This document shows, in pieces, positions 12,020 through 26,330 of a stretch of DNA of 64,000 nt. The DNA comes from Octopus vulgaris. Taxonomy: Eukaryota. A model generated the notes under the pieces. It was not told where the DNA came from. It searched no databases and saw only the letters and a list, made by a program, of their open reading frames with translations. Within the stretch, counting starts at the first letter, position 1. Every line of letters starts with the position of its first letter. The stretch is taken from contig OX597822.1 in the NCBI GenBank assembly GCA_951406725.2, forward strand, positions 79,794,001-79,858,000, written 5' to 3'. The translations under genes and the position numbers were made by a program.

Positions 12020-13360
12020 GATTTTATGTGCCACCGACACAGGTGCCAGACGAGGCTGGCGAACGGCCACGCTCGGATGGTGTTTTTTATGTGCCACCGA
12101 CGCAGGTGCCAGACGAGGCTGGCAAACGGCCACGATCGGATGGTGTTTGTTACGTGCCCACAGCACGGAGGCCAGTCGATGCAGTACTGGCTACGGCCAC
12201 GTTCGGATGGTTTTCTTGTGTGCCACCGGCACTGGTACCACAAGGATACAAATTCCATTGATGTTCATCTATTTTGATTTGTTTTGATTTTCACTTGCCT
12301 CAACAGGTCTTCACAAGTGTCACAAGAAGGAAGGTATGCACAGGTGGACTGACTACGTCCCAGGTAGGGGCCACGGGTTATGGCCTGACTAGTCTTGCCG
12401 GGTCTTCGGATGGTGTTTTTATGTGCCACCGACATAGGTGCCAGATGAGGCTGGCGAACGGCCACGATCGGATGGTGTTTGTTACGTGCCCACAGCACGG
12501 AGGCCAGTCGATGCGGTACTGGCTACGGCCACGTTCGGATGGTTTTCTTGTGTGCCACCGGCACTGGTACCACAAAGATACAAATTCCATTGATGTTCAT
12601 CTATTTTGATTTGTTTTGATTTTCACTTGCCTCAACAGGTCTTCACAAGTATCACAAGAAGGAAGGTATGCACAGGTGGACTGACTACGTCCCAGGTAGG
12701 GGCCACGGGTTATGGCCTGACTAGTCTTGCCGGGTCTTCGGATGGTGTTTTTATGTGCCACCGACACAGGTGCCATATGAGGCTGGTGAACGGCCACGAT
12801 CGGATGGTGTTTGTTACGTGCCCACAGCACGGAGGCCAGTCGGATGGATTTCTTATGTGCCACCGGCACTGGTACCACAAAGATACAAATTCCATTGATG
12901 TTCATCTATTTTGATTTGTTTTGATTTTCACTTGCCTCAACAGGTCTTCACAAGTGTCACAAGAAGGAAGGTATGCACAGGTGGACTGACTACGTCCCAG
13001 GTAGGGGCCACGGGTTATGACCTGACTAGTCTTGCCGGGTCTTCGGATGGTGTTTTTATGTGCCACCGACATAGGTGCCATATGAGGCTGGCGAACGGCC
13101 ACGATCGAATGGTGTTTGTCATGTGCCCACAGCACGGAGGCCAGTCGATAGCCACGTTCGGATGATTTTCTTGTATGCCACCGGCACTGGTACCACAAAG
13201 ATACAAATTCCATTGATGTTCATCTATTTTGATTTGTTTTGATTTTCACTTGCCTCAGCAGGTCTTCACAAGTGTCACAAGAAGGAAGGTATGCACAGGT
13301 GGACCGACTACGTCCCAGGTAGGGGCCACGGGTTATGGCCTGACTAGTCCTGCCGGGTCC
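12020..13360. repeat. Four tandem ~305-332 bp units in the RTE 3' UTR
   Basis: Anchor GATACAAATTCCATTGATG at 12245, 12577, 12882 and 13200 (periods 332, 305, 318), with internal ~59-nt subrepeats. Confidence 0.92.
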
Positions 13361-16300
13361 TCTCATGCACAGCACACTTCCATAGGACTCGGTCTCTAGT
13401 CATTTCCTTGGTGAGACCTAAAGTTCGAAGGTCGTGCTTCACCACCTCGTCCCAGGTTTTCCTGGGTCTACCTCTTCCACAGGTTCCCTCAACTGCTAGG
13501 GTGTAGCACTTTTGCACACAACTATCTTCAGCCATTCTCGTCACATGACCATACCAGCGCAGCCGTCTCTCTTGCACACCACAACTGACGCTTCTTAGGT
13601 TCAACTTTTCTCTCAAGGTACTTACACTCTGACGATTATGAACACTGACATTACACATCCATCGGAGCATACTGGCTTCATTTCTTGCGAGCTTACGCAT
13701 ATCCTCAGCAGTCACGGCCCATGTTTCACTACCATGTAGCATGGCTGTACGTACAGATACATCATACAGTCTGCCTTTTACTCTTAGCGAGAGGCCTTTT
13801 GTCACCAGCAGGGGTAAGAACTCTCTAAACTTTGCCCAGGCTATTCTTACTCTAGCAGTTACACTTTCAGCACACCCACCCCCGCTTCTGACTTGGTCTC
13901 CTAGGTAGTGGAAGCTATCAACTACTTCTAGTTTGTCTCCCTGGAACGTGGTAGAAGTTGGTCTCTGCACATTTCCAGTGTTTATTGCTCCTGAGCATCT
14001 GCCACAGACAGAAACTATTTTCCTAGTTAGCCTTCCTTTAACATTGCTGCACCTCTTATGTGTCCATAGCTTACACTTGGTGCACCTTATAGAGTTTCTA
14101 CCTACACCTTTTTTACAGATCGAGCAGGGCCATCTACCTGAAGTCGTTTGTGATTGGTCCACCTTCCTACTTATTAGGACTTTGGTTTTGGCTAGGTTGA
14201 TTCTAAGGCCCTTCGATTCTAATCCTTGTTTCCACACCTGAAACTTCTCCTCCAGTTCTGATAGTGACTCAGCAATTAGAGCAAGGTCATCAGCATAGAG
14301 GAGCTCCCAGGGGCATCCTGTCTTGAATTCCTCCGTTATTGCCTGGAGGACTATGATAAATAGGAGGGGACTGAGGACTGAACCTTGGTGGACCCCAACC
14401 TCTACCCGGAATTCTTCACTGTACTCGTTGCCAACCCTCACCTTACTAGCAGCGTCTCTGTACATGGCTCGCACAGCTCTCACTAACCATTCATCTATCC
14501 CTAGTTTCCTCATTGACCACCAGATAAGGGATCAACAAAAGCCAGATACAAGGGCTTATCTTTGGCTAGGTATTTCTCCTGCAGCTCTCTTACCAGGAAT
14601 ATAGCATCAGTAGTACTTTTCCCTGGCACGAACCCAAACTGCATATCATCTAAGCTAACTCTCTCTCTAATTAATTGGGCTATAACCCTCTCCGTAACCT
14701 TCATTACCTGATCCAGCAGCTTGATGCCCCTGTAGTTATTTGTATCTAGGGCGTCGCCTTTACCTTTGTAGCAGTTGACTATTATGCTGCTACACCAGTC
14801 ATTGGGTATGACTCCTTCGTGTATCACCTGGTTAACTATACGGGTGACTAAGCTATAGCCGACACTACCAGATATTTTGAGCATCTCTGCAGTAATTCCT
14901 GATGGGCCTGGGGCTTTCCCTGTTTTCATGCTTCTAATTGCCTTATCTACTAAGGAACTGTTAACTCGGATTGCTGGTCCCTCTGTTGGGTCGACATTCG
15001 GGAGACTCTCTTTATCCCATTCATTTTCCTCATTCAGCAACCTTTCATAGTGGCGTCTCCAAGCCTCTCTCTTTGCATCCTCATTTAGCGCAAGTGAACC
15101 GTCATCCTTGCGAACACATTTCTCTCCTACCACGTCACGATTCTCTCTCACACACTGTCTTGCAACACGAAATACCTCAAGTCTTTCATCCTCACGGCGC
15201 AGGACATTGGCAAATTTTTCTTTATCTGCCTCCCCTCTGGCTAGATAGACCTGTCTCCTAGCTTCCCTTCTGGCAGTCTGATACACTTCCCTGCTACCAC
15301 CGTTCTTCCAGGCCTTCCAAGCCTGTTTCTTTTGTCTAATAGCCCTGTCAACAATATTGTTCCACCACCACGTTATTTTGGGTCTTAAGGGGACTTTGCA
15401 CCAGCCACAGATCTGGTCAGCGGCTTTCAGCAGGTTGTCCCTCAGAAGCGTCTTCTACCCCATGCGTAGCTATACCCCCTTCCATTTCGTCAAAGGCTTC
15501 AAGTAACATATCTCTAAATCTCTGTCCATTCGCAGGGTCTTTAAGCTTCCAGACCCTTCTTCTCCATGTTGGTCGTCTTCTAGTCGCCCTCTTAGTCCTG
15601 ATCCTAAAGTCACTAACTACCAGTCTATGTTGTGGGGTGCATTCTTCGCCTGGGAAGGTTTTGGCATTTATAAGCAGCCATCTTTCCCTTTTTCTGGCAA
15701 GGATGTAGTCGATTTGGCTAGTATGCCGGCCCGATCGGTAGGTGACCAGGTGGCTTGTCGGTTTCCTGAAGTTAGTGTTGCAAACCATAAGACTATTCGC
15801 ATCGCAGAACTCCAGCAGCCTGGTTCCCTCCTCGTTGCGGGAACCATAACCGTAGCCTCCATGTACGCCATGGAAGCCCCCAGCATGACGTCCAACATGC
15901 CCATTGAAATCACCAGCCACAAAGAGAAGGTCTGTCGTTCGTCAATGAGGTGGTCTGCAGTAGGGTGTCATAGAAACTGTCTTTCTGTCCATCGGGTATC
16001 CCTGGCTGAGGGGCATAGGCCGATATAATGGTTGCTAATCTATTATGAAGCACTATTCTAATCTTAAGTATTCTGTCACTTACTCTGATTACCTCAATTA
16101 CTCTATCTACCCATTTCTCAGCGATAAGTATACCCACGCCACCGACCCCGTCAGTGTTCCCTGCCCGGAAAATCTTGTACCTGTGTTCCTTGCCTGTGAG
16201 GAACCTAGCAGATCCTCCTCTCCACCTTATTTCTTGCATGCAACATACATCAACCCATCTCCGTTCAAGCATCTCAACTATCTCGCCAGATCTACCTTTC

Positions 16301-16428
16301 AGTGTGCCAACGTTGAGGGTGCCCACCCTGAGGGAGTGGAAGGTATGGGCCCGAGAGGCCCAGGGACGGGGAGCAGTGGCGTCATGTACCTGAAAAGAAG
16401 AAGAAAGCTCGCATTTGGCAGAATTCAT
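13344..16428 (-). pseudogene. RTE APE-RT ORF broken by frameshifts near 15920, 15450 and 14530
   Basis: ORF fragments 15910-16428, 15417-15920, 14510-15286 and 13344-14513 are successive parts of one polyprotein. Confidence 0.9.
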
Positions 16429-16929
16429 AAGCAGAGCAATGATCTTAAGTTCAACCTGTTACACTACACTATCATGTTTTGCGCCGTATTTTCACCACCT
16501 TATATAGAAGGGGTGGTATTGGCTTAAGGCCTTTAGGTGTTCATGGAAGAAAAGCAAAGGAAGACAAGCTGAGATAAGGACTTCCGGTACAGGCGGGAGG
16601 GCGGGCGCACCGCTCACTGGGAAGGATGAGATTTGGCAGCAGAAAGACAAGATTTGAGACGAAATGTTTTGCGATCGTGTGAATAAGTTTCAATGAGTGA
16701 AAGTTGGGAAGGATGGGGTAGAGATTAAGCGACAGAAAGACCAGATTTGAGACGAAGTGTTTTGCGGTCGTGTGAATAAGTTTCTGTAAGTGAAAGTTTA
16801 TATGTTGTGGAGAAATGCTTCAGCTAGCATTTGAGACGAAAGACAACGATAAGGCTTGATGGTGATAATACATTATTATTATTATTATTATTATCATCAT
16901 CATTATTTTATATCTCAGAGCGCTCGGTC

Positions 16930-17575
16930 GTGTTTGCTCTAGCTGATTCTGTGAGAGCGAACAGCAGCCTATTGTTAGATGTCTCACAGGGTCTCTTTCC
17001 GCACATTATAAGCTTTGATAATTGGTTGTTAACTATCGTGGGAGACATTCAACACCCAAGTACCAATCTCAAAATCGTTGCTGTCTCCAGCAAAGCAGTC
17101 TTGGGGCTTGCTCTGTTCTTATGTCAGTTACGATTTCTCTGATATATTTCTTGAACTTGGTTGTTAGTGCTCCGAGTGCCCCTGCAGCTCCTGGGATGAC
17201 AGACACTCTCCTTATAATCCACGTTCTTGCAATTTCGACTTTTAGAAGTTTGTACTTTTCCATTTATTCTAGTTCTTTGTCACTTATGCGTGCATCCTCA
17301 GGTATTGTAATATTATAATCTTGATTCCAATTTTATCCTTATCTAGCACAACAATATCGGGTTTCCGAGCACCGGTTAGAGTGTCACGTTGTATTGTAAA
17401 ATCTTTTATTCGTTGTTCTCGGTGACTCCTTCCGGTTCATGTTCGTATCATTTCTGTGCTCTGTTCAGACCGTATTTTTCACGCAGTCTCAAGTGAAGAA
17501 ACTTAGCCACGTTATCGTGCTCTTTTTGTAGCGCTTTTGGGACAGCTTGCTGCACTCACAATATGTGAGATTGTT
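16930..17575 (-). mobile_element. Degraded RLE-type non-LTR (R4/Dong-like) 3' fragment
   Basis: RHDNVA, RKPDIVV and KxEKYKLLKVEIARTW...GALG remnants; an ATT tract follows its 3' end near 16872. Confidence 0.7.
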
Positions 17576-17639
17576 TCGTGTCTACTGTGACACATCCAAC
17601 TAAGGAGCGATTTGCTACTCTTATCTATTTGGAACTTGG

Positions 17640-18300
17640 TGTAATTAGTTCTCAGAGCTTGTTCTTGAGGGCTTCAGTGCATCCTCTTGACCAGACTGTT
17701 TCAGAGGACTTTCCGGTTGGGGAAACTATCATGCTTAATTTCCAGATGTCCTTGGCCTGGCATCGCTACCGGTATGAAATAAACTCTACAGGTACGGATG
17801 TGCTGTCCGACGGTCTTGTCCGAGGTTCGCGCAGAGGGACGAAACCGTTCAGCGTCCGGGCATTGCTTGTTTGTGGGGTTATGTCGAATAGTTGCTGTCA
17901 CGTGTGGGAAGGACCCGTCTATCGGCCGAGACTGTAGTGATGATAACACCGCTGCTCTCCTTCAATCGGGTGGGCAAGGCAGTTTTTCTGCGTCTGTGAG
18001 TCAGAGAGAAGGAATTGGAGAGGATATTTGCTCCTGGGGTTTCGAGGAAATCTCAGACAGTGGAGTTCCTTGCTTATCCCTAGAAGCCTTCCTGTATCAG
18101 GAGAGCCACATCTCTCACCCTCCCATACAATATTTTTCTTACTTTTGTATGCTATGCATATGTCCCTTCTTTTTCAGTGTATACCGTGTATACTTTCTTT
18201 CTTTCCCTTTTTTTTATCATTTTATTATATTAAACACCCACACTCTGTGTCTGTCTATGTATTGCTCTCACCATCCCTCGCCAATTGTGGAAAATAAATG
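17640..18300 (+). mobile_element. Degraded L1/Tx1-like LINE 3' fragment (C-terminal zinc-finger region)
   Basis: Broken frame LPV*NKLYRYG..VRRSCPR..QRDETV...LWGYVE*LLSRVGR resembles the ORF2 zf-RVT region; ends near AAAATAAA. Confidence 0.45.
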
Positions 18301-18320
18301 AAATCCTCCTCCTCCTCCTT

Positions 18321-18401
<81 letters not shown>

Positions 18402-18444
18402 ATTATTATTATTACTATTACTATTATTATTATTATTATTATTA

Positions 18445-20696
18445 CTTTTTTTTCTTCTTTCAAATTTGCTTCCATTTCTTGCCGAGTGTCTTCCCGACTC
18501 CTAGGGCAAAGAAACTCATAGTATTCATTGGTAGGCCATTAAACCAAACTCAGTAGTTCGTTAATTTTTTTAAATTTTTTTTTAAGTTAAATTAAAATAC
18601 ATGAGCAGCAACAGTTCTCACATCGACAATGCTCTTCTCAATACGTGTGATGTACCAGTTAAGACAATCTTTTGCACTTCTTGCAGGGATGGTAAGCCAG
18701 GGATCATTCTCATATAATTTTCGGTTCCCTTCTTGATCATTCCTAGTGCTCCTACGATCACTGGTATTGTAACCGCCTTGAGATGCCACATTTTCTCAAT
18801 TTCAATGAGTAGGTCTTTATATTTTCTGAGCTTGTCAAACTCTTTCGCTGAGATATTATGATCACAGGGGATGCTCATGTCGATCAATAAGCAAACTTTA
18901 TTATTTTGGTCTTTCACAACAATATCTGGTTTATTGGCCTTGATGGTTCGGTCTGTATGTACTGGAAAGTCCCACAGAATGGTTACATTTTCTCCTTCAG
19001 TTACAGCCTCGGGGTGGTGATTATACCACTTGTCAGCAGTTTTGATATTGTAATGCCGACTTATTAGCCAGTGGAGATATTGGCCAACTCTGTCATGTCT
19101 TAATTTATACTCCACTGGTGCTAAGACTTTACATCCAGAGATTAGGTGGTCCACTGTTTCAATCATGTCGTTGCAGAATCGGCATTTTGGGTCTGCTCCA
19201 TTTTTCATCACATTGGCCTGGTAGTTCCGGGTTAATAGGCTTTGATCTTGAGCAGCCAGGATGAAACCTTCGCTCTCTGCTTTTAGCCCTGAGCTCCGTA
19301 GCCACTGATGGGTTTGCTTCTGGTCAACATCAGCTTGTTTGCTGCGGGTCACATATTTGCCGTGCAGAGGTTTCTCCTCCCACCTATCAGCCAATTATCG
19401 TGCGCTTTTTTCATTGCCATCATTTTCACCTTCTTTGCAACAATAGTTGCCGTACTTCCCTCGGGTTGTTCAGTTTGGGTATCCTGCACGAGATCAATAG
19501 CAAATTTTTTGCTTTCCTTTATGATAGAATGAAGCTTCTTTCGTCTCTCGTGATTTTCCACGAGCTTTAGCATCCAGTCATTCGATATTTCGAGATATTT
19601 GGCCAGTCCAATTGTGGTTGTTTTGTAAGCTAGTTCAAATTGGATCAGGCCTCGACCTCCTTGGGCTCTGGGAAGGTAAAGGCGATCTACGTCTGCCTTT
19701 GGGTGGTGCATCCTATTACAACTCAGCAGCTTGCGTATTTTTCTATCTATATTCTTTACTTCACTCATATTCCAGTTCAACACATTGTAGCTATAAGTAA
19801 CAACTGGAACTGCTAAGGAATTTATAGCTAACACCTTGTTACGTGCATTTAGTTCAGATTTCAGGACTGCACGAACTCTCCTATAACATTCCTTCCTGAT
19901 TTTCTCTTTCATGCTTGCATGCTGAATACCAGAGCCTTCATTTATCCCTAAATATTTGTATGCTTGTTCTTGCTCAAGCTCTCTTATGACTGTGTCAACA
20001 TCTAACACGACTGAAATTGTGGTCTTCACTTTCCCTTTCTGGAAAGTGGCCTTGGCACACTTCTCAAGTCCAAACTCCATCTCGATGTCATCGCTGAATG
20101 CTTTCACGGTGCGCAATAGGCCTTCAAGTTCATTATTGTCTTTACCATAAAGTTTTAAGTCATCCATATAAAATAGATGGCTTATTTTTTTATTGGCAAT
20201 TTTATACCCATACCCTGTTCTGTTTAATTCACTTGTAAGGGGTATTAGGGCTATGCAGAATATTAAAGGTGAAAGTGAGTCACCTTGAAAAATTCCACAG
20301 TTGATGTTTATATTTTCTGAGGCAAGTACTCCATTAGAGTGGTATAATTGGAGATTCGTATTCCACAACGACATATTGTGCTTCAGGAAGTTTGAAATCA
20401 CAGGGGAAATTTTGAAGATGTCCAGCGATCTCAAGATCCATGGATGCGGTATACTGTCGAAGGCCTTTTTATAGTCAATCCATGCGGTGCTGAGATTTCT
20501 GCGCTTGTTGTGACAGTTCTCAAGGATCATACGATTGATTAGCAGTTGATCTTTGCATCCGTAAGAGCCTCGGCGGCACCCTTTTTGTTCAATGGGGAAA
20601 ATATCGTTCTTCTCCATGAATGCATATGTTTTCTCCGCCAGGATAGATGTTAGGATTTTATACGTGGTGGATAGACAGGTTATAGGCCGATAGTTT

Positions 20697-20700
<4 letters not shown>
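18445..20700 (-). mobile_element. R4/Dong-like RLE non-LTR retrotransposon, 5'-truncated, in (TAA)n
   Basis: RT motifs NYRPITCL, EQKGCRRG, WIDYKKAFDS, GIFQGDSLSP and FYMDDLK. CCHC finger CRFC...ETVDHLISGC, then RHD, KPDIVV and KLRKY (RLE). One frameshift near 19395. (ATT)n on both sides. Confidence 0.92.
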
Positions 20701-21299
<599 letters not shown>

Positions 21300-21730
21300 A
21301 TTATTATTATTAATAAGGTGGTGAGCTGGCAGAATCATTGGCACATCTTTACGTTCGGAGTTCAAATTCGGCCGGGGTAGACTTTGCATTTCGTCCTTTC
21401 GAGGTTGATGAAATAAGTACCAGTTACATACTGGGGTCGATATAATAGATTAGTTCCCACCCCAACATTTCAGGCCTTGTGTCATTAGTAGAAAGGGTGA
21501 TTAAGGTGGTGAGCTTTCAGAATCGTTAACACGTCAGACAAAATACTTAACTGTATTTCTTCCGGGCTTTACATTATGGGTTCAAATGCCGCCGAGGTCG
21601 ACTTTTGCATTTTATCTTTGCAGGCTGGATCGGTCAATGTAATCCACTTACCCACTCGCACGAAATTGCTGGCCTTGTGCCAAAAATTGAAATCATCATC
21701 ATCATCACCTTTATTATTATTATTATTATT

Positions 21731-24224
21731 CTATGTTTGACTTTTGCTTTATGTCTGTATAAGTTGGCTCCAAGTCTCACCCAGAGACCTCAAGAGACAA
21801 CAGGTTGGAAGTTCTGTGCCATATATTTGGGTTTTTTTTTTTTGGTGTTGTACTAGTGAATGCCTAATACATAAAATAAAAAATAAATAAATAAAAAATA
21901 AATAAATAAACAAAAAAGTTTGTTTTAAACCTTGGGATTACATAGAGAGTATTTTGCGTAGGATATGAGCAGTTCCCATGAGCACTATCTTTTGAATTTC
22001 TGCCATTTTGGGGTTTCCTGGTATCTGAGTTAGGTAGCAATCAGTCCCTTTCGCTATCATTCCCAGGGCACCTATGACAACAGGTATTGTTTTAGTCTTC
22101 AGCTTCCACATTTTGCTGATTTCTATTTCAAGATCTTTATATTTGCTCAGTTTTTGGTAGGTCTTGACAGATACGTTTATATCGATTGGGACAGTCATAT
22201 CAATGAGGAGGCATGTTCTTTGTCTGAAGTATTTCAATATAATGTCTGGCCTATTTGCATCTATCTTCCTGTCAGTTTGAATGGTGAAGTTCCAGAGGAG
22301 TGAGATGTGGTCATTTTCAAGCACAGGAGGTGGATTGTGTTCCCACCAGTTTTTTTCATGGGGCAAATCCAGGTTTTTGCAAATTACCCAGTGAATATAT
22401 TGTGCAGCTCTATCATGCCTACTGAGGTACTCTGTAGGCGCTAGAAGACTGCATTTGGAGACAACATGGTCAATGGTTTCATTTTGTTGTCGGCATACAC
22501 GACATGTTGGACTACTGCCGTTCTTTAATATGTTGGCCTGGTAGTTTCTTGTTGGTAGGCATTGATCTTGAGCTGCTATGATAAACCCCTCTGTTTCAGA
22601 TTTTAAGATAGAGGCCATTAGCCATTGATGGGTCAGGGCTTTGTCGATATCTGCATTATTTGCTCTCTTTGGGTATTTGCCATAGAGAGGTTTTTCTTGC
22701 CATTTATTATTCAGAATATCTAAGGCCGCAGTTTTGGCACGGGTTTTCATGCGCCTAGCTTTTTCTGTGCTTGTTTCTTGTATATCAATCTCTAATTCCG
22801 AAATTGGTTGTATTCGGAATTCACTTAGATATTCCTTTGCCTGTTTTGTTACTGAGTATGATGCTTTCTTGTTTTCATGTTTTGAGACAAGTTTTAACAT
22901 CCAGTCCTCAGAGTTTTTCAGGTAGGTGTCTAGGCCAATTGTAGCAATCTTCATTGTTATTGCCAGTTGCAAAAGACCACGGCCTCCCTCTTTTCTTGGC
23001 AGATAGAGTCGTTCTGTATCTGCCTTAGGGTGGTGCATTCTATGCATTGTCAACAGTTTCCTTATTTTTCTGTCGAGCTGACATATTTCAGTAATTGACC
23101 AGTTAACAATATTGAAACTGTAAGTCACGACTGGTATGGCTAATGCATTGATCGCTTCGATCCTGTTTCTTGCATTCATCTCTGTCTTGAGTATTGCTCT
23201 CACTCTCCTGATCCTTTCCTTCATCTCCGAGTGCCTTATTCCGTTCCCTTCAATTACCCCTAGGTACTTGTAGCTCTCCGCTGGGTCTGGTTCTTTTATG
23301 ACATTCTGCTGGTCAAGGTTAACGTTAGATGTTTCTGTCATTTTTCCTTTGATAAAGGTAGCTTTTGCACATTTATCGAGGCCGAATTGCATTCTTATGT
23401 CGTCACTGAATTGTTTGATTATCGCTAGTAAGCCCTTGAGTTGTTGGTCATTTTTTGCAAAAAGCTTTAAATCATCCATGTAAATGAGATGATTTATATT
23501 TTTATCAAACATTTTATACCCGTACTGCGCGTCATTGAGCAGCTTTGAGAGAGGTATTAAGGATAAACAAAAGAGGAGTGGTGACAGTGAGTCACCCTGG
23601 AAAATGCCACACGAAATTTTTACATCACCAGCATTTAGGGATTCATTGTCACTGTTCAGAGTTAGTGTGGTTCTCTATGATCTCATACTTACAGTCAAGA
23701 AGTTTCGCAGAGTAGGTGCTATCTTATACATTTCCAGGTATTTCCTAATCCAGCTATGTGGTAGGCTATCAAAAGCCTTTTTATAGTCTATCCAGGCTAT
23801 TGATAAGTTTTTGTGTCGTTTGTGACAATCTTCTAAGATCATCTTATTGATGAGTAGTTGGTCTTTACAGCCGTAGGATCCACGTTTACATCCTTTCTGT
23901 TCATTAGGGAATATGCTGCTGTCTGTTAAAAAAACTATAGGTATATTCCGTCAGGACAGATGTTAGTGTTTTGTACATAGTTGTTAAGCAGGTTATGAGT
24001 CTATAGTTTTTTGGTTCATTTGTTTCTTCACTTTTTGGAAGCTGGAATGTTAACCCATTAACTAGCCAAGGAGGCATCCTACTAGGGTGTTGCAAAACAT
24101 CATTGTACAGTTCTGTTAGCAGTTCATGGCTCTCTGGGAAGGCATTCAGCCAGAAGTTAGGAATTTTATCCTTTCCTGGAGACTTCCAGTTGCTTGACCT
24201 CCTGAGAGCAGATCTTATATCTTC
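21731..24224 (-). mobile_element. Second R4/Dong-like RLE retrotransposon family, 5'-truncated, in (TAA)n
   Basis: NWKSPGKD, NYRLITCL, GIFQGDSLSP, IYMDDLK, CRVC...ETIDHVVSKC, RHD, RPDII and KLSKY motifs; ATT tracts at both ends. Confidence 0.92.
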
Positions 24225-24308
<84 letters not shown>

Positions 24309-24538
24309 CATTATTGCGAGGACATTACTGAAAACGTTAACATAACATCAATCAATTGAAAACCTATAAAACTAGAAATCTCTCTCTCTCTTTTTCTCGC
24401 TCTCCTTCTCTCTCTCTCTTCCCGTCTCTCTCTCTCTCTCTGTCCCGCTTTCTCCCAGTCTGTCTGTTTGTCTCTTTGATTTTTGACCGCTTCTTCCATC
24501 GGTTTGATTCATGCTATTTCCACTTTATCTATTTTCAG

Positions 24539-24685
24539 GGTATCGTCTGCTCTATAATGGAAAGCACCGCATTAATATTTTTTCTTATGATAGTCGGTCC
24601 CAAACTTCATCCAATTATCCTTATCCCGTTACTAAGTAGTGTGCTCTGCTTGCAGATAATTTCACTATATATTAAACAGGGAACA
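24539..24685 (+). CDS. CHS: Chitin synthase exon 4 (GIVCSIMESTALIFFLMIVGPKLHP...KQGT)
   Basis: Acceptor attttcAG and donor ACA|gtaagt. 147 nt, phase 0-0, hydrophobic. Confidence 0.85.
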
Positions 24686-25399
24686 GTAAGTATTTAACTA
24701 TTTGGAGATATCTCAGTTGTTTAATGCGTTCCTTTGCATTTATTGATATGCATGTATATAAAAAGCTCAGACTGGATAACGCTTGGAAAATTAACGAACG
24801 TACACACCGCATACATTACCATACATTAACATATCTATTTTATATATCCTTTCCATGGATGTGTATCCATGTTTCTTGTGGAAATATGTGAAGAGTGATA
24901 TTGTACCGTCCATGGATGCACGATTATATAACGGTGTCATGAAGTTCAATGACATCGTTTTATAACTTATGTACACAGACTGTCAAAATATGAACTTTAT
25001 TCTACATCTGTATTGTGTATTCTTTATCCGATTCGTGAAATTTTTTTATATTGCATACATACATACATACATACATACATTATGGCTTCCCCCTCGTTAT
25101 CGAGTATGGCCATTGCACGAAGCTTAACTGTTACTGGTGCTGTGATCGAATGTGACATACATACATACATATATACATACATACATACATACATACAGAC
25201 TGACAGACAGACAGACAGACAGGAAACACTTCAACAATAATTGCCCGCTCACGCGTATATGTTAGCACTCAGGTGTATACATGTATTGTGTGAATGTGAT
25301 TACACCGATACAAATGCGCATATCTCTAGTGTAGATAGAATGAGGCTATCTAAACAACAAGTATGGTATTTGTCTTTGAGCAGTTTATTGAGAGGCCAA

Positions 25400-26330
25400 C
25401 TTCAATGGCTGCAGAAGTATGAGGAGAGTTTGAGCATTTGTGATTGAATGTGAGACGAGGGCGATGATATCCGCGAAGTCGAAACCAGTAAGGTAGGATA
25501 CTGGACAACATGAACCTTGCCGGGAACAGAGAGTTATGCCTTGTTCAAATATTGTAGCATGCCTCAATACATGACCCAAGATTATAGTGAAAAGGAAAGG
25601 CGCTAAGGTGTCCTCTTGGAGTACTCCTGCGAATGTGACGGTGCCTCCGTCAGGGGTGCATACGAGACATTTGTAGTTTGCATAGATAGAGAGGATAGCA
25701 TTTACCACTTCATTTGTCTTGCTATTAGCATAGAGAATCTGGAACATTCGCTTACGGTGAACAAAGAAAAAAGCTTTGGGGGAAATTCCTAGAGTAGGCG
25801 CACAAAGACATAAGTTTATTTGCTGAGATGGTTTCAATGAAACAGTGAAGAGGTAAAATAGGTTCGAGAGTGGAGAGGCCTTTGCGAAAGTTGTATTGGT
25901 TTTGATCTGAGTAGTGTTTCGATAGGGTTTCGGATGTAATGAACATGATACAGTTGAAGAGTTTTGCTGAGCATGACATCAGGATGATGCCATGATACGA
26001 GCCATATTCTGATAGATCTCTCTTCTTCGGAACAGGAATGATGCGGTTCAGCTTGAATTTCGATGGAGCTTGAGTGGGGATGTAAGTAGAATTTAGAATA
26101 GGAAGAAGTAAAAAGAAGTCAACCTGGAAGCACACCGTCAACGCCACACGATTTGCCAGTCTTAAGCTGTTTAGCGGCATATAATGCTTCTCTGAGAGTA
26201 ATCTTACCATTTGGAATATTGGTGAGCAGCGGTGGGATTGGTATCACAACAAAATTCTCTGTGAGAGATGTATTGTTGTTGAGCAGCTTTTCAAAGTGGA
26301 ATTTCCAGCCTACTTGTAGAACTTTTGGCT
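25400..26330 (-). mobile_element. Old RTE-like LINE RT fragment
   Basis: IIPVPKK.DLS..GSYHGI, QYNFRKGLST, GVLQEDTLAPFLF and DFADIIAL remnants with frameshifts. Confidence 0.75.

Larger units (their letters stand above)
11846..16850 (-). mobile_element. RTE-clade LINE (APE endonuclease + RT), near full length, frameshifted
   Basis: APE motifs VGTLNVGTL, CMQEIRW, AGDFNGHVG, SQIDYIL and HRLVV. RT motifs NYRGIKLL, QFGF, GVHQGSVLSPLLF and LLYADDL. Ends in GRPRKTW, a 3' UTR and a (GAT)n tail at 11846-11870. Confidence 0.95.

Noticed and set aside
12040-12130. HDV-like ribozyme in the RTE 3' subrepeats (GCCAGCCTCGTCTGGC)
   Set aside because: The nested double pseudoknot (P1, P1.1, P2, catalytic C) could not be assembled, and RTE HDV ribozymes are expected at 5' ends.
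11872-13213. Overlapping Cys/His-rich ORFs resembling small repeated proteins
   Set aside because: They arise from the tandem repeats in the RTE 3' UTR, are open in several frames and have no splice support.
16380-16412. Strong splice-acceptor-like sequence (TTTCTTCTTCTTTTCAG|G) on the RTE sense strand
   Set aside because: It lies within an open frame that already has an ATG at 16428, and no matching donor could be identified.
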